Assembly (NCBI GenBank): GCA_965205605.1
Contig: CBDBHE010000004.1
Coordinates: forward strand, 1 to 57,927
DNA: 57,927 nt
Source: Spirochaetota bacterium
GTDB taxonomy: Bacteria; Spirochaetota; UBA12135; COTS27; CBDBHE01
Direction of reading: 5' to 3'
The notes under the pieces are model-generated. The model was not told the DNA's origin, made no database searches, and saw only the letters and a program-made list of their open reading frames with translations. Position numbers and translations under genes: made by a program. This document shows, in pieces, positions 50,773 to 57,927 of the stretch; positions within the stretch are counted from its first letter, which is position 1, and each line of letters opens with the position of its first letter.

Positions 50773-53700
50773 CTATTCACAAAAAACATCAACCGAAAAA
50801 GAACCTTCATTTTCTATTTTAAGTAAAAAAATATTTTCTTTTTTTTGTAAAGAAATTTTATCCTTAGATTGGATTTGAGCAACGGAAACTCCTTTTGGAA
50901 GCTTAAAGGCAAGATAGCCTGCATTATTTTTTGTTGAACTCAAACGAAGCTTAGTTGGTTTTTTATCTGACCAATCTAAATCAACAATGACATTTCCTCT
51001 CGTCTTAAATCCTTTAAAAGATCCTTTAGATAACGAACTTGATAAAGCAGGTAAAACATCTAAAAGATGAATCTTGTTTCCTTCTACCGATATCAATTGA
51101 TGAGATTGTAAAAGCATTTCTCCCATTCCAGCGATAGCTCCAAAATTACCATCGATTTGAAAAGGGGGATGATCGTCAAATAAATTAGGTAAGGTTGATT
51201 TTTTTAAAATTAAGATTAAATTATTATAAGATTTTTCTGCTGATTTAAGACGTGCCCAAAAATTAATAATCCAAGCCCTACTCCAACCCGTATGCCCTCC
51301 TCCATGAGCCAAACGTGTTTCAAGTGATTTTCTAGCTGCCTCTACATACCCTTCCCTATCAAAAAAGTGAGCCGCTGGATGTAAAGCATATAGATGAGAC
51401 ACATGACGATGTCCTAGGTTAGCTTCTTTATAATCTTCATACCATTCCATAACACGACCATCTTCACCTATTTTTGGAAAAGCTAATTTTTGTAAAGCTT
51501 TTTTGACTTCTTTTACAGTGGCATCATTTTCTTTTTCCAAAACAGCTGCTGCATTAATAAAGTTTTCAAATGTATCCAAAGTAATTAACTGGCTCATCGA
51601 AGCCCCAGGAGAAATATTCATTTTTTTATTATTTGGAAGAACAAATTTATTCTCAGGACTATTTGAAAGTCTTGCTACAAGTTCTCCTGTTTTAGGGTGA
51701 ACGATTAAATAATCTAATAAAAACTTAGAGGCTCCTTTTAAAATAGGAAAAGCTCTTTTTCTCAAAAACTCTTTATCTTGAGTATACTGATAATATTCCC
51801 AATATTGCCTAGTGGCCCAAGCTCCCCCATACTGAAAAAAGGCATACCCAGGGCGCCCTTGTGCTATAGCGTAAGCCCAAATATCAGTGGCCTGATGAGC
51901 CATCCATCCTCTAGCGTTATAATAATACTTAGCTACTTTTGCTCCTCGTTTACTCACTCGATCGATTAAATCAAAATACGGCAAATGACATTCTGCTAAT
52001 TGAAACATTTGAGCAGGCCAGTAGTTCATTTGAAGATTAACGTTAATATGATAATCACTATTCCACTGACCTTTTACTAAATTGAAACACCAAATTCCTT
52101 GTAGATTAGCCGGTTGGGTGTTAGGTCTAGAAGAGGCAATGAGTAAATAACGACCATAATGAAAATACAGAGCCAATAAATCAGGATCTGCTTTTCCTTG
52201 TTTGAGTAATGAAAGACGTTTGTCCGTTGGTTTTTTTCTAGCTTCATGTCCCCCAAAATCCAATTTAACTCGCTTAAACAATTTAAAATGAGAACCAATC
52301 CCCTTTAACTTTACTTTTTCAAAAGACTTACTTAAAACATGCTTCATGTCTTTTCCAGCTTTTCTAGCTGGAAGAGTAAAATTAGAATTAAACAAAGAAA
52401 GGGCTTTATAAAAAAGACTCTTAACCCAGTTTTCTTTATAAAAATCAGTCCCCGCTGTTAAATATATAAAAACTTTATCAGCATTTTTAATTTCAAGATA
52501 ATCTTTCTTCTTAACAATATTTCCTGAAACGGTTTTGACTTTAAGACGTGTGTTAAAACGAACTCCTTTCTTAAATTGATACTTTTTATCACTTTTCATC
52601 TTTGCTCTTTTCCAGTTTCCACTTAGAGCAAGAGCTTGTTTTTTATTTCCTTGAGGGTAAATTTCACAAGCTTCTTTTCCAGATTGAAATTTTGTTTCAT
52701 ACCCTGCGCCAAAAATATAACCAGCATGAAAAGTCACTAACGTTAAAACAGCTTTACCCTTTTTAACCAATTTAGCAGGAATATCATAAAGCCTCTTTTC
52801 TCCAGGTAAAATACTCACCCCTACTTTTTGTCCATTAAACCAAGTTTCATCACTTCCATTTAATTCCCCTAAAAAAAGCTTGAGATCTTTCCCTTCCCAA
52901 GAATCAGGAATAACAATCCTTTTTCGATACCACTTAATCCCTGTAAAACTAACTTTTTCCTCTCCCCACTTATACGGAAGGGTTATTTCATCCCATTTAC
53001 TATCATTAAAAGAAGGGAGGTAATATTCTTTTTGCCAACCTGATTGATCAGCCCTTTTTATTTTACCCCAATACTCTTTTTCAAAAGCAACTCCTTTAAG
53101 TTTAATTTTTTCAACTAATTGCTTTCTATTATATTTAAAGTTAGGATGTATTATCGCTCTTCTAGCTAAACGTTCATCGTAATTTTTCAAATGATAAGCC
53201 CGAGCATTTAAAACAATGCTATCTTTTTCATATTTGATTTTAGCTCCTACATAACGATTAAGTTTAAGCCTGGTATTAATGGCTCCTTTTGCACTAGAAG
53301 ATAGCGTCATCATTAGCACTTGATCTACTTCACTAACAAAAACGTCTCTTGTGTATCGTATCCCTTCATGGTCAAAAACTGTCTGAGCAATTCCTGTTTC
53401 TAAATCAAGAGATCTTTTATAATTCTTTACCTTTAATTCATCAATCTTCATAAAATAAAGATCCAAATCAGCCATCGTTTGATAACTTCTTACCAAACTT
53501 TTAGCTAAAAACTCTTTTCCAATAAGCTTTTCAGCTTCAAAAGCTTTTCCTTCAAAAAACATTTTTTCAGCTTTAGAATAAATTTGATAAGCATTTTTTT
53601 TCAAAGGTTGGTCTGCTTTACTACCAGCCCAAATCGTATCTTCATTTAATTGAACGATCTCACGCTTAATGCCTCCATGCACCATCCCTCCTATGCGTCC

Positions 53701-53847
53701 ATTTCCAATAGGAAGTGCCTCATCCCAATTCTTAGCTGGTTTGTCATACCAAAGCTTCCATTTGCCAGTAAGGCTTAAATCTTCAGAAAATAAACAAATA
53801 GATAAAAAAGAAAAAATAAAAGAAAAAATAAAACGATTTTGTTTCAT
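50773..53847 (-). CDS. Glycoside hydrolase family 95 (alpha-L-fucosidase-like), secreted, with inserted beta-sandwich domain
   Basis: WDEALPIGNGRIG, YGRYLLIASSR, PANLQGIW, YHINVNLQMNYW, HRHVSHLYALHP, HPPFQIDGNFG. Confidence 0.93.
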   Translation of the reverse strand: MKQNRFIFSFIFSFLSICLFSEDLSLTGKWKLWYDKPAKNWDEALPIGNGRIGGMVHGGIKREIVQLNEDTIWAGSKADQPLKKNAYQIYSKAEKMFFEGKAFEAEKLIGKEFLAKSLVRSYQTMADLDLYFMKIDELKVKNYKRSLDLETGIAQTVFDHEGIRYTRDVFVSEVDQVLMMTLSSSAKGAINTRLKLNRYVGAKIKYEKDSIVLNARAYHLKNYDERLARRAIIHPNFKYNRKQLVEKIKLKGVAFEKEYWGKIKRADQSGWQKEYYLPSFNDSKWDEITLPYKWGEEKVSFTGIKWYRKRIVIPDSWEGKDLKLFLGELNGSDETWFNGQKVGVSILPGEKRLYDIPAKLVKKGKAVLTLVTFHAGYIFGAGYETKFQSGKEACEIYPQGNKKQALALSGNWKRAKMKSDKKYQFKKGVRFNTRLKVKTVSGNIVKKKDYLEIKNADKVFIYLTAGTDFYKENWVKSLFYKALSLFNSNFTLPARKAGKDMKHVLSKSFEKVKLKGIGSHFKLFKRVKLDFGGHEARKKPTDKRLSLLKQGKADPDLLALYFHYGRYLLIASSRPNTQPANLQGIWCFNLVKGQWNSDYHINVNLQMNYWPAQMFQLAECHLPYFDLIDRVSKRGAKVAKYYYNARGWMAHQATDIWAYAIAQGRPGYAFFQYGGAWATRQYWEYYQYTQDKEFLRKRAFPILKGASKFLLDYLIVHPKTGELVARLSNSPENKFVLPNNKKMNISPGASMSQLITLDTFENFINAAAVLEKENDATVKEVKKALQKLAFPKIGEDGRVMEWYEDYKEANLGHRHVSHLYALHPAAHFFDREGYVEAARKSLETRLAHGGGHTGWSRAWIINFWARLKSAEKSYNNLILILKKSTLPNLFDDHPPFQIDGNFGAIAGMGEMLLQSHQLISVEGNKIHLLDVLPALSSSLSKGSFKGFKTRGNVIVDLDWSDKKPTKLRLSSTKNNAGYLAFKLPKGVSVAQIQSKDKISLQKKENIFLLKIENEGSFSVDVFCE

Positions 53848-54054
53848 GCTAAAAACTCCTTCAGTTTAAAATAAAATTTAATCATCAATAAATAAAAAAT
53901 TCAAATTTAAAAAAAAAAAATTAGTTTTGGTATAAAATTGTGGATAGTTACAAAAAATAGCTAAATATTATATTTTTTTTATATTTTAGATTATAATTAT
54001 TTTTATAAGTCATAATAATTTAAACGATATCAGTACTATTAATGGAGTTATAGA

Positions 54055-54744
54055 TTGAACATTCAAAAATACAAATACTTACTTTTCATTTATTTATTTG
54101 GTTTATTTTTACAGTCTCCTTATTTATTAAGAGCTCAAGACAATACTAATACACCAGAACATGAAACTAAATTAAAAATTAGCTACTTAATGCGTAATAT
54201 TATAGGTGCCAATGGTGGTGATGCTGTTAGTGCTATTAATAATATTTTACCTAAAATTAATGAAGCCTTGAAAATTAAAGTCATTACTGCACTTGTGCTT
54301 TTAGATAAAAACCCTGAAGAAGCATATCCTGTTTTTGAACGATATGTAGCTTATGGGTATGACCAAGAATCAGATGATAATTCAGCATGGTTTGTAAGAG
54401 CAATTTGTGCTCTTAGCTTAGCTCAAATTAATAATAAAAAAATTCTTCCAAAAATAAGACATTTATACCTTAATGAACCAAATAATTTAACGCAAAGATC
54501 CTTACTTTTTGCTCTTGGGGAAATGAAAGATAATGATGCTGTTGATTTAATTATAAGACAACTAGAAGTAACAAAAGATGAAGCAACGGCAATTTATGGA
54601 ATCATTGCTTTAGGAAAAATAGGAAATAAAAAAGCAACAGAAACTTTAGTACGTTATACCATTGGTAATTATCTTAATTTGACTCAAAAAACAGCTGGAG
54701 AAGCTTTAAAAAAAATTAATTGGTCAGAAAAAACCCCTAATTAA
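54055..54744 (+). CDS. Exported HEAT-repeat protein
   Basis: Signal peptide; VRAICALSLAQI, ALGEMKD, ALGKIGN repeats. Confidence 0.8.
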   Translation: MNIQKYKYLLFIYLFGLFLQSPYLLRAQDNTNTPEHETKLKISYLMRNIIGANGGDAVSAINNILPKINEALKIKVITALVLLDKNPEEAYPVFERYVAYGYDQESDDNSAWFVRAICALSLAQINNKKILPKIRHLYLNEPNNLTQRSLLFALGEMKDNDAVDLIIRQLEVTKDEATAIYGIIALGKIGNKKATETLVRYTIGNYLNLTQKTAGEALKKINWSEKTPN

Positions 54745-54791
54745 AAACAAAATAATTTAATAAAAATTAAAATTTTTGAATCATTTTTTTT

Positions 54792-54818
54792 ATTTTTAAA
54801 GAAGTGATCTTTAAAAAT
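54792..54818 (+). terminator. Hairpin downstream of HEAT-repeat gene
   Basis: ATTTTTAAAGA-AGTGA-TCTTTAAAAAT, 11-bp stem. Confidence 0.4.
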
Positions 54819-54850
54819 TTTATATAATGTTTTAATAAAACAAATTCATT

Positions 54851-55804
54851 TTGAAAACTTTAATTATAGGAGTTATCGGTACAGGTCACATGGGAGAGTA
54901 CCACGTGAATGTACTTATTTCACTAAAAAATATATCAAAAATATTTATTTTTGATATCGACAAAGAAAAATTAAAAGAAATTACTAATAAATTTGATGTT
55001 TTCAAAACTAATTCTTTAGAAGAATTATTACAAAAAGTTGATTGTTGTGTTTTAGCTGTCCAAACAACGTTACACTTTAAAATCGGTATTCAGGTTTTAA
55101 AAGCAGGTAAACACTTACTAATTGAAAAACCTATAACAAATAATATTGAAGAAGCAAAAGAGCTAATAAATGTTGCTAATACTAAGAAACTTGTTTTACA
55201 AGTAGGTCACGTAGAACGATTTAATGGAGCTGTACAAGAGCTTCAAAATACAATTAAAAACCCTTTTTTATGGGAAAGCAGGCGAATAGGTCCAAATACT
55301 TATCGAAGTAATGATGTCGGTGTCAGTATGGATTTATTAATCCATGATATTGATATTGCTCTTAGAAGTATTGATGATGATATTATTTCTATAACTGCTG
55401 CAAGCCAAAGCTTTTTCAATACAGAACACGAAGATGTTATTTCAGCCACATTACGCTTTAAAAAGGGTTGTATTGCTAATTTCATTGCTTCTCGAGTCAG
55501 CCATCAAAAAGTAAGGACTCTCCATATTTCTCAAAAAAACTCTTATTTGTTTTTAGATTTTACCACTCAAGATTTCCAAATTCACCGTCAAGCCAATACT
55601 AATATCGTTACCTATAATGAAAAAATTCGCTATCGTCAAGAATCCCTTATTGAAAGACTTTTTGTTCATAAAGAAAATCCTTTAAAATTAGAACTTTCTC
55701 ATTTTTTAGATTCCATTATTAACAAAAAAAGCACTAAAAAAACAAATGAAATCGATTTAAAAACATTAACCATTATCAAAGAAATTCAAAAGAAATGTAA
55801 ATGA
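54851..55804 (+). CDS. Gfo/Idh/MocA family oxidoreductase
   Basis: IGTGHMG, LIEKP, VGHVERFN, DLLIHDID. Confidence 0.92.
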   Translation: MKTLIIGVIGTGHMGEYHVNVLISLKNISKIFIFDIDKEKLKEITNKFDVFKTNSLEELLQKVDCCVLAVQTTLHFKIGIQVLKAGKHLLIEKPITNNIEEAKELINVANTKKLVLQVGHVERFNGAVQELQNTIKNPFLWESRRIGPNTYRSNDVGVSMDLLIHDIDIALRSIDDDIISITAASQSFFNTEHEDVISATLRFKKGCIANFIASRVSHQKVRTLHISQKNSYLFLDFTTQDFQIHRQANTNIVTYNEKIRYRQESLIERLFVHKENPLKLELSHFLDSIINKKSTKKTNEIDLKTLTIIKEIQKKCK

Positions 55805-56448
55805 AACATTTTTCTCCTATTTTACTCGGATTTATAGCTTATCTTTTTTATTCTACTTTAATTAAAACTCTAAAAATAAAAATTATTGATTTCAATCCTG
55901 TAGGAAAAAACATCAATATTTATGGTGTTTTTCATGGTCAATTTTTTCTTATTCCTTTTATTAAACAAAATATAGAACGTGTTTTTAAAAAAAAAATAAA
56001 ACCTCAAGTACTTGTTTCCCCTCATCGGGACGGAGAAATATTACATTATTTTTTAAAACACCTTCGAATAGAAAGTATCAGAGGAGACAATCTTCATCAA
56101 GCAATTTCAAGTTTAAAAAAAATGATTAGAAAAGCAAAAGAAAATTACCTTTGTGTTATTGCTTTAGATGGTCCTATAGGGCCATATCATTCTGTATCAC
56201 CGGGAATTATCGCTATTGCAAAAGCATCTAAAAGACCTATCAACATTGTTTTTAGTGGTGCAAGAAACAAATGGACACTCAAATCATGGGATAAAATGAT
56301 TATTCCAAAACCTTTTACAACAGCTTATTTATATCTTTCTAAACAATTTTTCGTTGATCCAAAAAAAAGCTTGGATGAAAACTTAAAAATTTTTAAAAGA
56401 AAAATCAAACAAAAAGAAAAAAAATTTATTAAAATAATTTCTTCTTAA
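55801..56448 (+). CDS. DUF374 / lysophospholipid acyltransferase family protein
   Basis: FHGQ, SPHRDGE, DGPIGP, SWDKMIIPKPF. Confidence 0.85.
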   Translation: MKHFSPILLGFIAYLFYSTLIKTLKIKIIDFNPVGKNINIYGVFHGQFFLIPFIKQNIERVFKKKIKPQVLVSPHRDGEILHYFLKHLRIESIRGDNLHQAISSLKKMIRKAKENYLCVIALDGPIGPYHSVSPGIIAIAKASKRPINIVFSGARNKWTLKSWDKMIIPKPFTTAYLYLSKQFFVDPKKSLDENLKIFKRKIKQKEKKFIKIISS

Positions 56449-56477
56449 AAAAAGATATTTTAACTTTTAATTACGTT

Positions 56478-57545
56478 TTACGTTACTTTAGAGCGAATCT
56501 CAAAAAGTCGCCAAATTGCTATAAAAAAAGAAGCAATCAAAGGCCCTATCAAAACTCCAATTAATCCCATCCAAATAATTCCCCCCAAAGTCGAAAGAGC
56601 AATTAAAACCGGATGTACCCCTGAACGTTCTCCAACAAACTTAGGTTTAATAATATATTGACTAACAATAATTAAAGGAATCCCTAAAAATAAAACTAAC
56701 AAAGCAGAAAAAATATCTTTTGTAATAAGCTCATAAATAATTATTATCATAAAAACAGTATTGGTCCCTAAAAGAGGTAAAATAGATATAAAAGTAATAA
56801 AAATCCCAAGCAACAATGGATATTTATAATCTAAAAACCAAAGCAAAAATCCTCCAAAAGTTCCTTCAAAAATTCCAATTAAAATAGTTCCTATCATCGT
56901 TGCATCTGTAATTTTAATGAAGTTAATGAAAAAAAGATCCTTTTCTTTATGCGGCAAAGGAATCATTGCTTTAATCTTATTTAAAAAACCACTTCCTTCA
57001 ATAATAAAATAGTACATCACATATAAAAGTAAAAGAAAGTGGAAAGCGATTTTTGAAAAATTGATAAAAGTTTTTCTTAAAACCTGAAACAAAAACTCTA
57101 TCGTTTTTGTAAGCATTGCTAAAAATTTCTGTTGAACATCAATTTTAGCAATTTCTTTTTCTATAGTTTCATTTAAAGAAAAATATTCCATTAAAAATTG
57201 ATTGATATTTATTTTTTCTAAAAACATATAAATCCCTGACCAATTATTTTTAAAATGTAAATAATTGCCTGCCATTTGAAAAGAAATCGTAAAACTTAAA
57301 GCAAGAAAGGGAACAAAAACAAATAAAAAAACTAAAAAAGTAATTAAAAGACTTGCTATGTTTTTTGATAAATTAAATTGATTAATTAAAAAGTAATAAG
57401 GCTTTTGAAGGTAATAAGCAAAAAGAGCAGCACATAAAATAGAAATCCAAAATGGAAAAATAAGTTGATAAAAAGCAATTGATAGAAAAATAAGTAAGGC
57501 AAGAAAAAAATAAATTTCAATTTTTTGTTTAAATTCTTTTGTCAT
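56478..57545 (-). CDS. AI-2E family transporter
   Basis: Multi-TM protein; IKPKFVG...VHP.L...LGG...G.LIGP. Confidence 0.9.
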   Translation of the reverse strand: MTKEFKQKIEIYFFLALLIFLSIAFYQLIFPFWISILCAALFAYYLQKPYYFLINQFNLSKNIASLLITFLVFLFVFVPFLALSFTISFQMAGNYLHFKNNWSGIYMFLEKININQFLMEYFSLNETIEKEIAKIDVQQKFLAMLTKTIEFLFQVLRKTFINFSKIAFHFLLLLYVMYYFIIEGSGFLNKIKAMIPLPHKEKDLFFINFIKITDATMIGTILIGIFEGTFGGFLLWFLDYKYPLLLGIFITFISILPLLGTNTVFMIIIIYELITKDIFSALLVLFLGIPLIIVSQYIIKPKFVGERSGVHPVLIALSTLGGIIWMGLIGVLIGPLIASFFIAIWRLFEIRSKVT

Positions 57546-57550
57546 TTTTT

Positions 57551-57927
57551 TTAAATAATAGTATCCAAACCTGTTTTAATGGAAGCCCCTAACTTAGAAA
57601 GTTTTTGATCCAAGTTTTCATATCCCCTTTCAATATGATAAACCCTTCTAAGGGTTGTTGTGCCATTAGCCACTAAAGCCGCTCCCACTAAAGCCGCCCC
57701 CGCCCTTAAATCAGAACATTGAATATCAGCTCCTTGAAGCACTGAGGTTTTATTCATATAAGCTCCTCCCTCCTCATCAATACTCACATCAGCTCCCATT
57801 CGTACCATTTCTGAAGCATGATTAAAGCGATTTGGGTAAACCTGCTCTTTAATAAAACATTTCTTTGAGATCAATGTTCCTAAAACCATTAAAACAGATT
57901 GTAAGTCTGTTGGAAAGTCAGGGTACG
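57551..57927 (-). CDS. murA: UDP-N-acetylglucosamine 1-carboxyvinyltransferase, 3' part
   Basis: YPDFPTDLQ, NRFNH, DLRAGAAL, HIERGYE; runs off the window end. Confidence 0.95.
   Translation of the reverse strand, partial: YPDFPTDLQSVLMVLGTLISKKCFIKEQVYPNRFNHASEMVRMGADVSIDEEGGAYMNKTSVLQGADIQCSDLRAGAALVGAALVANGTTTLRRVYHIERGYENLDQKLSKLGASIKTGLDTII

Noticed and set aside
1026-55485. Other short ORF-track entries nested in or antisense to long genes (e.g. 1026-1289, 12559-12822, 19611-19859, 46658-46957, 51503-51700)
   Set aside because: Shadow frames of well-supported genes with no independent evidence
1-57927. CRISPR array, rRNA or tRNA genes
   Set aside because: No regularly spaced direct repeats or structured-RNA signatures seen

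Overview
Very AT-rich bacterial chromosome segment, most likely from a spirochaete. The evidence is a spirochaete-type FlgF/FlhO rod protein, the rpsB-tsf-frr-uppS-cdsA order without pyrH, and a type-2 IleRS. Most of the window is housekeeping DNA (rsmA, ctaA, translation cluster, panC, tig-clpP-clpX-tlyA, ruvX, ileS, sigma factor, holB-like, ppx, ribF-rpsO-pnp-gltX, murA) plus a chemosensory operon headed by an adenylate/guanylate cyclase. Two accessory islands stand out. Island 1 (about 20.6-25.2 kb) holds a PL8 polysaccharide lyase followed by a relic the ORF track misses. The relic has a minus-strand pseudogene resembling the phiX174 external scaffolding protein D (Microviridae) and a perfect 136-bp inverted repeat with a XerC/XerD dif site at the inner end of each arm. 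Between the dif sites lie a 5'-truncated phage lysozyme, an intact 93-aa secreted protein and a sigma70-like promoter. This looks like the remnant of a dif-associated, gene-D-bearing ssDNA phage in a spirochaete, arranged as a potentially invertible dif cassette. Island 2 (about 48.6-53.9 kb) holds a decayed IS1595 transposase, a decayed DNA methyltransferase plus IceA1/NlaIII-like endonuclease, and a GH95 fucosidase with a large inserted domain. tsf and cheA are each broken by a single homopolymer frameshift. All homology calls are from motif recognition and memory; no searches were run.
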